From an uncultured Eubacteriales bacterium (GTDB taxonomy: Bacteria; Bacillota; Clostridia; Oscillospirales; CAG-272), in NCBI GenBank assembly GCA_934371135.1, contig CAKRNO010000005.1, positions 607 to 64,606 on the forward strand: a DNA stretch of 64,000 nt, read 5' to 3'. Positions within the stretch are counted from its first letter, which is position 1; the number at the start of each line of letters is the position of its first letter. The position numbers and the translations under genes were made by a program. Shown piece after piece: positions 53,020-62,802 of the stretch. The notes under the pieces are model-generated. The model was given only the letters and a program-made list of their open reading frames with translations. It ran no database searches and was not told where the DNA came from.

Positions 53020-54342
53020 TCAGGCGCGCGTCGCCTCGACGCGGTAGAACGCGAGGATGGGGATCTGCGTGCCGCCGTCCACCATGTAGTAGGGCTCCTC
53101 CACCCGGTCCATCGCGCTGACGTACACCCGCCCCGTGACCGGCCGCGCGAGCGTCAGTGTCACGCGCTCGCACGCGCAAGTATAAGAGAGGAGAGCTGCC
53201 TCGCCCTCGTCGTCCGTGACGCGGATCGGGAGCTTGTCGGGCGCGAGCCCGAAGGTGACGAGCGTATGAAGGTGCGCAAACGTGAGCTCGACCTCGGTGT
53301 CCGAGAGCAGCCGCGCCCCGGTGAGGTCGGCGGCGTCGTAGTCTGCCCCCCACCCGTACAGGTGCCCGAGGGCGAGCCGCCCGACGCGCTCTCCGACGGC
53401 GGCGTTCGTGATGGGGGCGTTATGGATGCCGTCGCTCATGACGGAGTCGGAGGCGGTCGTCACATAGACGTTTCCGAGGCGGTGCGCCGCCTGCCGCTCT
53501 GCCTCCCGTACCGCGCCCCAGCTCGCCTGGCGGTCGGGCGCCTTGTTGCCGTCGATGTGGCGGTTGATCTGCACGAGCAGAATCGGCAGCTCCGGATCCC
53601 GGAAGTCCTCCCGCAGGTGTGCGATGAGGGATTGCAGCTTATCGAAATACAGGTGACCGAAGCCGTCCATCGCCTCGGCGCAGCCCTGGTACCAGATGAC
53701 CCCGCGGATGCCGATGTGCCCGTTCCCGACCGTCTCGCGCATCCCGCGGTACAGGTTCCCGACCTCCTCGGGGAGCCACTGGCGGATCTGCGAGCCGGAG
53801 ACCGCCGTCGGGATGAGCCCGATCGGATAGCCGAGCACCCGGGCGAGGGTCTTTGCAAAGGACAGCCACGGGTTGTGCCGGTCGCGCACAGTGTCGAAGG
53901 GGTGTGTCGCGAGATCCCACTCGCGCGCGTCGCGGTAGACGTGCACGCGCAGGTCAGGCGTTTCGGTGATGTAGCCGCGCCCGACGCCGGCGGCGTTCGA
54001 CTGCCCCGCGATGAGATAATTGTCGCCGACCCCGATGTGGTGCCGCGCCTCCCACTGCTTGGCGGAGAGCGGCGGGGTGACCTCGGTCGCACTGCTCCGC
54101 AGCTCGATGCGGTAGAGCCCCCCGACCGGCAGGCGGAGCGTCACCGAAAATGTACCGTCCGCGGCGGTGGCTCTCTGCCACCCGACCACGGGCGCCATAT
54201 CGTCCTCGGAGAGTGCCCCGACGAGGATCACGGCGCTCTCCGCATCCCCCTCGTCGTAGGTGCCCGTGACGGTCACGTCGGCGTATCCACCCCTCTGCTG
54301 CAGGATCTCCCAGTTCTTCGGCGCGTTTGTAAATGTAACCAT
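53020..54342 (-). CDS. Sialate O-acetylesterase-like (SASA/SGNH) protein with N-terminal beta-sandwich
   Basis: LIAGQSNAAG and GVIWYQGCAEA motifs (the usual family motifs are GQSN and WYQGE). GGAGG RBS. Confidence 0.75.
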   Translation of the reverse strand: MVTFTNAPKNWEILQQRGGYADVTVTGTYDEGDAESAVILVGALSEDDMAPVVGWQRATAADGTFSVTLRLPVGGLYRIELRSSATEVTPPLSAKQWEARHHIGVGDNYLIAGQSNAAGVGRGYITETPDLRVHVYRDAREWDLATHPFDTVRDRHNPWLSFAKTLARVLGYPIGLIPTAVSGSQIRQWLPEEVGNLYRGMRETVGNGHIGIRGVIWYQGCAEAMDGFGHLYFDKLQSLIAHLREDFRDPELPILLVQINRHIDGNKAPDRQASWGAVREAERQAAHRLGNVYVTTASDSVMSDGIHNAPITNAAVGERVGRLALGHLYGWGADYDAADLTGARLLSDTEVELTFAHLHTLVTFGLAPDKLPIRVTDDEGEAALLSYTCACERVTLTLARPVTGRVYVSAMDRVEEPYYMVDGGTQIPILAFYRVEATRA

Positions 54343-54419
54343 ATTATTACCTCCGCAAGTTTTCTCGGCACATCCTTGCCGTCTTTATTGCAAAAACAGG
54401 GGTGCGATGCACCCCTGTT

Positions 54420-55409
54420 TCAGGCTTCGGTCCCTCCGGTGCCCGCCGATGCCTTTGCCGCGGGGCGGCGACGACGGCGGCGACGCGGGCGCGCTTTTTT
54501 CTCGGCTTCCCCCTCTGCGAGGCGGCGCCGATAGGTCGCGATATTTTCTTCATCCGCCTCGACCACACTCTTGTGCAGGCGGAGCGTCTCGTTGAAGTTG
54601 TGCTGCAGCTTCGCCGTGAGCATCATCTCACCGTGCGTCTTGCAGGTCATGAGGCAGGAGTATTTCTGTCCCTTGGAGTGCAGCAGCTTGGTTGTCTCGC
54701 AGGCGGCGCCGCAGAGCGGGCAGACCGGGTGAGAGATGGCGGGATGCGCGAGCAGAGCTTTGAGGTCGTCGTATCCCTTGTCCCCGGCGTCCGCGTTACC
54801 GATATCCGTCTCCTCGAGGAACTGCCCGCGGCGGGCGGTATAGGAGGCGATACCGGCGGCGAGGTCGAGCTTTGCCGCGACCTGCGCCGTGAAGTAGGCG
54901 TCGTTGAGCGCGTCATGGGCGGGCAGGGTCTGCTCGATTCCGAAGTGCTCCATCGCGTATTCGAGCGAGCGCTGGCGGTTGACACCGTCGGTCTGCTGAT
55001 TGAAGATGGGTTGCAGGTCGTAGATGCGGTCGAGCCAGGAGGTGTCCGCGCCGAGCACACGCAGATTGTCCTTCAGCATCGGGATGTCGTCGGGTCCCCA
55101 GGTCAGGAAGGCGAAATCCTCCCCGCACCAACGGTGGAAGTTCTCTGCCGCCTCCCGGAGCGGCACGCCCCCGTCCATCATGTCCTGCGTAATGCCGGTC
55201 AGGTCGCGCACATGGCGATGGATACGGGTAAAGTACTGCGGGCGTACAATGACGCTGTAACTGCCGCAGATGCGCATTTTTTCGCTTAATTTGACGGCAC
55301 CGATCTGGATCACCTCGCCGCGCAGGCGCGCCCCGAGGCGCTTCTGCACTGCCTGCAGCTTTTCGGCGTATGCCTGATTCCATTCCAGGTCCAGTGAGAT
55401 ATAATACAT
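54420..55409 (-). CDS. DEDDh-type 3'-5' exonuclease with C-terminal Zn-ribbon and poly-Arg tail
   Basis: ISLDLEWN (Exo I), FLTWGPDDIPML (Exo II), HDALNDAYF (Exo III), then CPLCGAAC...CKTHG and RPRRRRRRRP. Confidence 0.8.
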   Translation of the reverse strand: MYYISLDLEWNQAYAEKLQAVQKRLGARLRGEVIQIGAVKLSEKMRICGSYSVIVRPQYFTRIHRHVRDLTGITQDMMDGGVPLREAAENFHRWCGEDFAFLTWGPDDIPMLKDNLRVLGADTSWLDRIYDLQPIFNQQTDGVNRQRSLEYAMEHFGIEQTLPAHDALNDAYFTAQVAAKLDLAAGIASYTARRGQFLEETDIGNADAGDKGYDDLKALLAHPAISHPVCPLCGAACETTKLLHSKGQKYSCLMTCKTHGEMMLTAKLQHNFNETLRLHKSVVEADEENIATYRRRLAEGEAEKKARPRRRRRRRPAAKASAGTGGTEA

Positions 55410-55622
55410 TCTGTCAGTCGCTTTCCGCCGCGAACGCGGCTGGTCTTCCTCATTTTACACAAAGTGCATTATACACCATCCGCCCCGCCCTCGTCAAGGG
55501 TGTCCTTGTGAAACTTCGCGCCGCGCCCCCGCGCGTCGCCCCTCCGCGTTTTCCGTCCCCTCTGCCCCCGCCCCGTGTGCGCCGCGCGGGCGCGCCTTCA
55601 CAGTCCGTTCAAAGAAAAAACA

Positions 55623-55651
55623 TTGATTTTATATGCCTCGCGTGGTACAAT
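55623..55651 (+). promoter_or_regulatory. Promoter of the DUF5685 / J-domain operon
   Basis: TTGATT, 17 nt, TACAAT. Confidence 0.6.
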
Positions 55652-55685
55652 ATACTGCAACTGATACTGTGGAGGAGTGTGCCTC

Positions 55686-56576
55686 ATGTTCGGCTATGTA
55701 CGACCCTACCGCCCGAGCGTGACGCTCGGCGACTACGAGTTCTATCGTTCGGTCTACTGCGGGATCTGCCGCGCGATGAAAAAACAGACCGGGTACCTGT
55801 CCTCCATGACGCTGAATTACGACATGGTGTTCCTCGCTCTCGCGCGGCTCATCGTCGGCGACCGCACCATTTCCATCCACCCGCACCGCTGTGCCGTCCA
55901 CCCCGTGAAGCCACGCGCCATGGTGGTGGATAACCCCGCGACGGATTACGCCGCGAGGGCGACCGTCCTGCTCGCCTACCGCAAGATGGCGGACGACGTC
56001 GCCGACGGGCGCTTTCTCGGTAAAGTGCCGCCCGCCGTGGCAAAGGCGATGCTCTCCCGCGCCAAAAAGCGCGCCGGTCTGCCGGCGCTCGACCGCGAGA
56101 TCGAAGCGTGTCTGACCTCCCTCTCGGAGATGGAGCGCGACCGGGTCGCGTCGATCGACCGCCCCGCCGAGGCGTTCGGGCGGCTGCTCGGCAGCATCTT
56201 CGCCTACGATGCCCCCGCCCCCTGTCAGGACGCGCTCCGCGCGACCGGGGACGCCGTCGGCAGGTTCATCTACTGTGCCGACGCCGCCGAGGACTTCCCG
56301 CGCGACGTCCGCTCCGGCTCCTACAACCCGTATGTACTGACCTACGGGGACACGCTCTCGGAGGATGCGAGGACGGATATCCGCGCCGCGCTCATCAATA
56401 CGCTTGCCGCCGCCGAGGGGGCGTTCCGCTCCCTGCCGCTCGAGGGCGCAGGCGCCGCCGCCCGGCTGTTCCTGAACATTCTGTACGAGGGGCTGCCCCA
56501 CCGGGTGGATTTTCTGCTCCCGGGCGCGCCCACCGGCAAACATAAGCTCACCCCATACGACGGCGTTCTGCCGTAA
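55686..56576 (+). CDS. DUF5685-like protein
   Basis: MFGYVRPY...YCGICRAMK N-terminus, characteristic of this clostridial family as I recall it. GGAGGAG RBS 8 nt upstream of the ATG at 55686. Confidence 0.7.
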   Translation: MFGYVRPYRPSVTLGDYEFYRSVYCGICRAMKKQTGYLSSMTLNYDMVFLALARLIVGDRTISIHPHRCAVHPVKPRAMVVDNPATDYAARATVLLAYRKMADDVADGRFLGKVPPAVAKAMLSRAKKRAGLPALDREIEACLTSLSEMERDRVASIDRPAEAFGRLLGSIFAYDAPAPCQDALRATGDAVGRFIYCADAAEDFPRDVRSGSYNPYVLTYGDTLSEDARTDIRAALINTLAAAEGAFRSLPLEGAGAAARLFLNILYEGLPHRVDFLLPGAPTGKHKLTPYDGVLP

Positions 56577-56593
56577 CCCCAAGGAGGAAATGT

Positions 56594-57154
56594 ATGAACC
56601 GTAACCCCTACGAGGTCCTGGGCGTCGCCCCCGGCGCCACCGATGACGAGATCAAGAACGCGTACCGCGCCCTCGCCCGCCGGTATACCCCCGACAGCGC
56701 CGAGATGCAGGAAATCAATGACGCCTTTGACGAGATCGTGCGTCAGCGCGCCGCATCCGGCGGCTTCAACAGCTCTCCCTTTTCCGGCGTGCGCGCCTGC
56801 CTCTCGCGCGGCGACTATGCCGAAGCGGAGCGGGAGCTCGACCTGTGCCCCACCGATACGAGAAACGCCGAATGGCATTTTCTCAAAAGCGTCTGTCTCG
56901 ACCGCCGCGGGCAGACCGGAGACGCCATGCAGGAGCTGAATACTGCCTGCGCCATGGACCCCGGCAACGAGGAGTACGCCAAATCGCGCGACATCTACCG
57001 TACCCGCGCCGGCGGCTACGGCGCCTCCTACCGCACGGATACCTACGGCAGCCGGCGCGACACCACCGCCTCCTTCTGCAACTGCTGCTCCAATCTCATC
57101 ATCGCGGACTGCTGCTGCGAGTGCCTGGGCGGGGATCTCATCCCCTGCATCTGA
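56594..57154 (+). CDS. J-domain protein with TPR-like middle and C-terminal cysteine string
   Basis: NPYEVLGVAPGATDDEIKNAYRALARRY (J domain; the HPD tripeptide is replaced by TPD). C-terminus FCNCCSNLIIADCCCECLGGDLIPCI. Confidence 0.8.
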   Translation: MNRNPYEVLGVAPGATDDEIKNAYRALARRYTPDSAEMQEINDAFDEIVRQRAASGGFNSSPFSGVRACLSRGDYAEAERELDLCPTDTRNAEWHFLKSVCLDRRGQTGDAMQELNTACAMDPGNEEYAKSRDIYRTRAGGYGASYRTDTYGSRRDTTASFCNCCSNLIIADCCCECLGGDLIPCI

Positions 57155-57155
57155 T

Positions 57156-57707
57156 ATGCGCCGCGGGACCAAACGGCTGACGGTGTCCGCCGCGCTCGTC
57201 GCGCTGACCGTCGTTCTGCTGTGGCTCGGGTCGCTCATCGGAGTGCTGGACCTCGTGACGGCATTCGTCGCCTCGCTCCTCATTGCCTTTTCGGTGGCGG
57301 AGTTCGGCGTCGCGTGGAGCTTTCTGCCATGGATCACCGCCGGGCTGCTCTCCTGCCTGCTCATGCCAGGCGCCTTCATCTCCTGGGAGTACGCGCTCCT
57401 CGTGGGCGTCCTCCCGATCCTCAAGGCGCTGTGGGAGCGCATCCCCTCCCGCCCGCTTGCCTTTCTCGGTAAGTTTGCGTCGTTCAACCTGCTGTACGCC
57501 GCCATCCTGACGGTGTTCCACTTCTTTTTCGGCGGGCTGTTCACCGACCTCACGCTGTTCGGGCACACGGTCCCGGCGATTACCGTGCCGATCCTCCTCG
57601 CCGTACTCGGGAACCTTTCGTTCCTGCTCTACGATTACCTGCTCACCCGCATGATCTTTCTTTACTATACCAAATGGAGCGCGCGCATCGCGCGTTGGCT
57701 CCGTTAA
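57156..57707 (+). CDS. Hypothetical polytopic membrane protein
   Basis: 183 aa with about 5-6 hydrophobic helices. Starts 2 nt after the J-domain gene stop. Confidence 0.7.
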   Translation: MRRGTKRLTVSAALVALTVVLLWLGSLIGVLDLVTAFVASLLIAFSVAEFGVAWSFLPWITAGLLSCLLMPGAFISWEYALLVGVLPILKALWERIPSRPLAFLGKFASFNLLYAAILTVFHFFFGGLFTDLTLFGHTVPAITVPILLAVLGNLSFLLYDYLLTRMIFLYYTKWSARIARWLR

Positions 57708-57722
57708 GACAGGAAGTTTTTT

Positions 57723-59057
57723 ATGACCAAAGTCGGATTTATTTCCCTTGGCTGCTCCAAAAACCAGGTCGATACCGAAGTGATGCTGAAGACCCTCGCT
57801 GACGCGGGCTATACCATCGTCTCGGACGAGACGGAGGCGGACATCGTCGTCATCAACACCTGCGGCTTCATCGAGAGCGCCAAGCGCGAGTCCATTGACA
57901 ACATTCTGGACGTCGCGTGGCTCAAGGAGAACCGCTCCCTGCGCGGCATCGTCGTCACGGGCTGTATGGCAGAGCGCTACCGCGAGCAGATCTTCTCCGA
58001 GATGCCGGAGGTCGATGCCCTGCTCGGCGTCGGCTCGCTCGCGCACATCGTCGATGCTGTGCGCGCCGTGGACGGCGGCGAAAAATACAGCTCCTTCGAG
58101 GATAAGGAAAAGTCGCCGCTCGGCGGCGGCAGGATCCTGACCACCCATGCCTACTCCGTCTACCTGAAGATCGCCGAGGGGTGCGATAACCGCTGCACCT
58201 ACTGCGCGATCCCGCTCATCCGCGGCCGTCTGCGCTCCCGCCCGATCGAGGAGCTGGTCGAGGAGGCGGTGACGCTGGAAAAGAACGGCGCGAAGGAGCT
58301 GAACATCATCGCGCAGGACACCTCGCGCTACGGGCTGGACCTCTACGGCAGGTACCGCCTCGCCGATCTTGTCCGCGAGATCTGCCGTGCGACGAGCATC
58401 CCGTGGATCCGCCTGCTCTACTGCTACCCCGACAAGATCACGGATGAGCTGATTGCCGAGATGCGCGATAACCCGCGCCTGCTCCCCTACATGGACATCC
58501 CGATCCAGCACATAAACGACCGCATCCTCACCGCCATGAACCGGCACGGCAACGGGCGCCTCGTGCGCGAGACGGTGGAAAAGCTCCGCCGCGAGGTGCC
58601 GGGCATCACCCTGCGCACCACCGCGATGGTCGGCTTCCCCGGGGAGACGCGCGAGGAGTTTGAAGAGCTCTGCAATTACCTGCGCGAGGCGCGCTTTGAC
58701 CGCTTCGGCGCTTTCACCTATTCGCCGGAGGAGGATACCCCGGCGGCATCCTTCCCGGACCAGGTAGACGAGCAGGAGAAGCAGGATCGCTACGACATCC
58801 TCATGCAGACCCAGCTCCCCATCTCCGAGGAGCTGCAAAAAGCCAAGGTAGGCTCGGACGTGACCGTCCTCTGCGAGGGCTATGACCGCGTCGCCTCTAC
58901 CCACTTCGGCAGGAGCGCGGCAGACGCGCCCGACGTGGACGGTAAGGTGTACTTCTCCTCGAAGAAGCGCATTGCCCCCGGCAAGTTCGTGCGCGTCCAC
59001 CTGACCGAAGCGATGGACTACGATCTCATCGGTGAGCTCGTCGAGGAGCTCGACTGA
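57723..59057 (+). CDS. rimO: Ribosomal protein S12 methylthiotransferase
   Basis: N-terminal LGCSKNQVDTE, radical-SAM CDNRCTYCAIP, C-terminal TRAM domain. Confidence 0.95.
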   Translation: MTKVGFISLGCSKNQVDTEVMLKTLADAGYTIVSDETEADIVVINTCGFIESAKRESIDNILDVAWLKENRSLRGIVVTGCMAERYREQIFSEMPEVDALLGVGSLAHIVDAVRAVDGGEKYSSFEDKEKSPLGGGRILTTHAYSVYLKIAEGCDNRCTYCAIPLIRGRLRSRPIEELVEEAVTLEKNGAKELNIIAQDTSRYGLDLYGRYRLADLVREICRATSIPWIRLLYCYPDKITDELIAEMRDNPRLLPYMDIPIQHINDRILTAMNRHGNGRLVRETVEKLRREVPGITLRTTAMVGFPGETREEFEELCNYLREARFDRFGAFTYSPEEDTPAASFPDQVDEQEKQDRYDILMQTQLPISEELQKAKVGSDVTVLCEGYDRVASTHFGRSAADAPDVDGKVYFSSKKRIAPGKFVRVHLTEAMDYDLIGELVEELD

Positions 59058-59204
59058 CTCCGGCGCCCCCGCGGCGCCGCCCCGGCATAGCCCCCGGCGC
59101 ACCGCCTGCGATACGTCTCCCGCGACCGTCCGACAGCCGCGCCGCATCCCCGACCCCATCTGACCCCGACTGACACGCGCCCCGCGCGGAAAAGAGGTAT
59201 CATC

Positions 59205-59897
59205 ATGACCGATATGACCCCGACCAACGAACCGAAACCGCAGAAGATCTGGAACGTCCCGAACATTCTCTCCCTCATCCGCATGGTGCTGGTGCCCGTG
59301 TGTATCGCCGCCGTGCTGTACGCCGGGACATGGTTTGCCGGCGTCGCGAACGAAACGGCGCGCGTGTGGCTTATCTGCCTTGTGCCGACGCTGATCTTCA
59401 TTCTCACGTCGCTGACCGATATGCTGGACGGCAAGATCGCGCGCAGGTACGGTCTGATCACCGACTTCGGGAAGTTCATCGACCCCCTCGCCGATAAGTT
59501 CATGGTCTTCGGGCTGCTCATCGCCATCCTCGCGACGGATTCCGGCTACTATACCGCCATCCGCCCCGTGTTCGTCTGGGTCGCCGCCGTCGTCATCCTG
59601 CGGGAGCTCGGCGTCACGTCCCTGCGCCTTGTCGTCGCCTCGCGCGGCGTGGTCGTTCCCGCCTCGTGGTGGGGGAAGATCAAGACCGTGACGCAAATCT
59701 GCGCCCTGGTCGTCATCCTCATGGAGCCGGCGCTCACGCACCACCTCGCCGCATCTGCCGCCACGACCTCCTTCAACATCTGGTACGACGGACACCTTGC
59801 CGCCGCCCTCGCCATGGGCGCCATGACCCTGACGACGGTCGGCTCCGGGCTCGATTACCTCCGTCACCTCTGGCCCTACGTCGCCGGGAAAAAGTAA
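59205..59897 (+). CDS. pgsA: CDP-diacylglycerol--glycerol-3-phosphate 3-phosphatidyltransferase
   Basis: NILSLIRM..., DMLDGKIARRYGLITDFGKFIDPLADK (CDP-alcohol phosphatidyltransferase motif). Confidence 0.9.
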   Translation: MTDMTPTNEPKPQKIWNVPNILSLIRMVLVPVCIAAVLYAGTWFAGVANETARVWLICLVPTLIFILTSLTDMLDGKIARRYGLITDFGKFIDPLADKFMVFGLLIAILATDSGYYTAIRPVFVWVAAVVILRELGVTSLRLVVASRGVVVPASWWGKIKTVTQICALVVILMEPALTHHLAASAATTSFNIWYDGHLAAALAMGAMTLTTVGSGLDYLRHLWPYVAGKK

Positions 59898-60127
59898 GAT
59901 ACCCCCAAAAAGAGAGTGGGATGCGCTCCGCGCCGCCGCAACGGCGGGAGCCCGCACGGCTATTATATATTTTCGGAAAAGAAATCGCACCCCCCCTTTA
60001 CAAACCGTGAAAGCTGTGTTATAATAACCCTCGGTTTCCCCACCGCGGTCCTTGGCGTCACCTGCCGGGCACTGCGATGCGGGTGTCATAAAATACGGTG
60101 CTTTCTGCATCGGGAAAGGTGAACAAG

Positions 60128-60391
60128 ATGGATAAGGAACGCAAATCGCAGATCATCGCGGCGAACCGCACGGCTGAAAACGACACCGGTTCTCCCGAGG
60201 TACAGGTTGCCATTCTGACCGACCGGATCAACACGCTGACCGAACACATGAAGAAGAACCCGAAGGACTTCCACTCCCAGCGGGGTCTTTCCAAGATGGT
60301 CGGCCGTCGTAAGAACCTGCTCGGTTACCTTCAGAAGAAGGACATCAACCGCTACCGCGAGATCATCAAGAAACTGGGTCTGCGTAAGTAA
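60128..60391 (+). CDS. rpsO: 30S ribosomal protein S15
   Basis: [36 protein letters not shown]. Start at MDKERK. Confidence 0.95.
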   Translation: MDKERKSQIIAANRTAENDTGSPEVQVAILTDRINTLTEHMKKNPKDFHSQRGLSKMVGRRKNLLGYLQKKDINRYREIIKKLGLRK

Positions 60392-60540
60392 GACCCGGAG
60401 GACGGGGAACGCATCCAAGGTGCTTTCCCCGTTTCTTACGTTTCCAACGGGATGCTTCATAGAACTTAATCAAGCGGGGTCGCGGCTTGATTAAGTGCTA
60501 TGGCTCCCGGAAAAATAAATACAGAAAAAGGAGCATACCA

Positions 60541-62670
60541 ATGTCCGCACAACACAAAGTATTCAAAGACTATCGCGCGTTCGAGTACACCTACGCCGGC
60601 AGACCTCTGAAGATCGAGGTCGGTAAGATGGCGGGGCTTGCGAACGGCGCCTGCATGGTGCGCTACGGCGACACCTGCATCCTCGCGACCGCGACGGCTT
60701 CCGCCGCACCGAGAGAGGGCATCGACTTCCTGCCGCTGTCCGTGGACTACAACGAAAAGATGTACGCCGTGGGTAAGATCCCCGGCGGGTACCTCAAGCG
60801 CGAGGGCAAGCCGTCCGAAAAGGCGATCCTCACCTCCCGCGTGATCGACCGCCCCATCCGTCCCCTGTTCCCGAAGGATCTGCGTAACGACGTCGCCATC
60901 GCGCTGGACGTCATGTCCGTGGATCAGGACTGCTCGCCCGAGATCACCGCGATGATCGGTGCGTCCGTCGCCCTCTCCATTTCGGATATTCCGTGGAACG
61001 GGCCGATCGGCGGCGCCTTCATCGGCATGGTGAACGGTGAGTACGTCGTCAACCCGACTGCCGCGCAGCGCGCCGGGTCCACTCTGGAGCTCACGGTCGC
61101 CGCGTCCGAGAAGAAGGTCGTCATGATCGAGGCAGGCGCGAAGGAGGTGTCCGACGACGAGATGTTCGACGCCATCATGCTCGCGCACAAGGAGATCAAG
61201 GATCTGCTCGTGTTCGTGAACGGGATTATTAAGGAGGTCGGTAAGCCGAAGTTCTCCTATGCCTCCGGCGAGCTCGACCACGATATGTTCGACGAGATCT
61301 TCGCCTACTGCGAGACCCGCGTGATGGAAGCGCTCGATACCGATGACAAGAACGTGCGTGACGCGCGCCTCCAGCCCATCATCGAGGACATCGCCGCCAC
61401 CTTCTCCGAGAAGTATCCGAGCCTCTCGACCCAGCTGCCCGAGCTCATCTACAAGATTCAGAAGAAGATCGTCCGCCGCTGGCTCATCAACGATAAGAAG
61501 CGTGTGGACGGCAGAGCGATGGACGAGATCCGCCCGCTCGACGCCGAGGTAGGGCTCCTGCCCCGCACCCACGGCTCCGGGATGTTCACGAGAGGGCAGA
61601 CGCAGGTGCTGTCCGTCGCGACCCTCGGCACCCTCTCCGATGCACAGAAGCTGGACGGGCTCGACGACGAGGACTCCAAGCGCTATATGCACCAGTACAA
61701 TATGCCCGGCTACTCGACCGGTGAGGCGAAGTCGATGCGCAGCCCCGGCAGACGTGAGATCGGTCACGGCGCCCTTGCAGAGCGCTCGCTCGTCCCCGTG
61801 CTGCCCTCCGTTGAGGAGTTCCCCTACGCCATCCGTGTCGTCTCCGAGGTGCTCTCCTCGAACGGCTCGACCTCGCAGGCATCCGTCTGCGGCTCCACCC
61901 TCGCCCTCATGGACGCGGGCGTGCCGATCAAGGCGCCGGTCGCCGGTATCTCCTGCGGTCTGATCACCGAGGATGACGGCAGCTGGACGACCATGATCGA
62001 TATCCAGGGGCTTGAGGACTTCTACGGCGATATGGACTTCAAGGTCGCCGGTACGCACAAGGGTATCACCTCCATCCAGATGGACCTGAAGATCGACGGT
62101 CTGACCCCCGAGATCATCCGCGCCGCCCTCGAAACGACACACAAGGGCCGCGATTATATCATTGACGAATTCCTGCTCAAGGCAATCCCCGCTCCGCGCG
62201 CCGAGGTTTCTCCCTACGCGCCGAAGATGGTCTCCTTCAAGATCGACCCCGACAAGATCCGCGAGGTCATCGGCAGCGGCGGGAAGGTCATTCAGAAGAT
62301 CGTCGCCGACACCGGCGCCAAGATCGATATCAACGACGACGGTACCGTCTGCGTTGCCGCAGTGGACAAGAACGCCATCGATGCCGCGAAGGCGATCATC
62401 GACGCCATCGTGTTTGAGCCCGTGGTCGGCGAGACCTATGACGGCGTTGTCACCCGTATCGTCAAGAGCAAGGACGATGAGACCAAGGACGTCGGCGTGA
62501 TCGTCGAGTACGCCCCCGGCAAGGATACCCTGGTGCACATCTCCAAGCTGCAGGACAAGCGCACCGAGCACTGCGAGGATGTCTGCCGCGTCGGCGACAG
62601 TGTACGCATCAAGTACATGGGCATCGACAAGAAGGGCAGACAGGACTTCTCCATGAAGGACGCCGACTGA
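60541..62670 (+). CDS. pnp: Polyribonucleotide nucleotidyltransferase (PNPase)
   Basis: Two RNase PH domains (…REGKPSEKAILTSRVIDRPIRPLF…, …RREIGHGALAERSL…) followed by KH and S1 domains. Start at MSAQHKVF. Confidence 0.95.
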   Translation: MSAQHKVFKDYRAFEYTYAGRPLKIEVGKMAGLANGACMVRYGDTCILATATASAAPREGIDFLPLSVDYNEKMYAVGKIPGGYLKREGKPSEKAILTSRVIDRPIRPLFPKDLRNDVAIALDVMSVDQDCSPEITAMIGASVALSISDIPWNGPIGGAFIGMVNGEYVVNPTAAQRAGSTLELTVAASEKKVVMIEAGAKEVSDDEMFDAIMLAHKEIKDLLVFVNGIIKEVGKPKFSYASGELDHDMFDEIFAYCETRVMEALDTDDKNVRDARLQPIIEDIAATFSEKYPSLSTQLPELIYKIQKKIVRRWLINDKKRVDGRAMDEIRPLDAEVGLLPRTHGSGMFTRGQTQVLSVATLGTLSDAQKLDGLDDEDSKRYMHQYNMPGYSTGEAKSMRSPGRREIGHGALAERSLVPVLPSVEEFPYAIRVVSEVLSSNGSTSQASVCGSTLALMDAGVPIKAPVAGISCGLITEDDGSWTTMIDIQGLEDFYGDMDFKVAGTHKGITSIQMDLKIDGLTPEIIRAALETTHKGRDYIIDEFLLKAIPAPRAEVSPYAPKMVSFKIDPDKIREVIGSGGKVIQKIVADTGAKIDINDDGTVCVAAVDKNAIDAAKAIIDAIVFEPVVGETYDGVVTRIVKSKDDETKDVGVIVEYAPGKDTLVHISKLQDKRTEHCEDVCRVGDSVRIKYMGIDKKGRQDFSMKDAD

Positions 62671-62698
62671 CAAGGACCCCGAAAAACCAAGATGTGAA

Positions 62699-62734
62699 AA
62701 GACCGCGACGGTTCCCCGTCGCGGTCTTGTTTTC
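62699..62734 (+). terminator. pnp terminator
   Basis: AAGACCGCGACGG-TTCC-CCGTCGCGGTCTT followed by GTTTTC. Confidence 0.75.
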
Positions 62735-62802
62735 GCTCCACATCACCCCCGACCGCCGCGCGGCATCGCCGGTCGAAAGTCGGGTATTTCCGGAGGTACC
62801 CC

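Noticed and set aside
53020-55409. Esterase and DEDDh exonuclease as part of the phage block (receptor-destroying enzyme / recombination exonuclease)
   Set aside because: They are separated from terS by about 1 kb of non-coding DNA and a strong terminator, and each has its own expression signals. Both families are common chromosomal genes. The possibility is left open but is not supported from sequence alone.
57138-62673. 990-aa and 735-aa minus-strand ORFs (57138..60110, 60466..62673)
   Set aside because: They are antisense to rimO/pgsA and to pnp, which carry diagnostic motifs. The translations are Arg/Gly/Asp-rich with no motifs.
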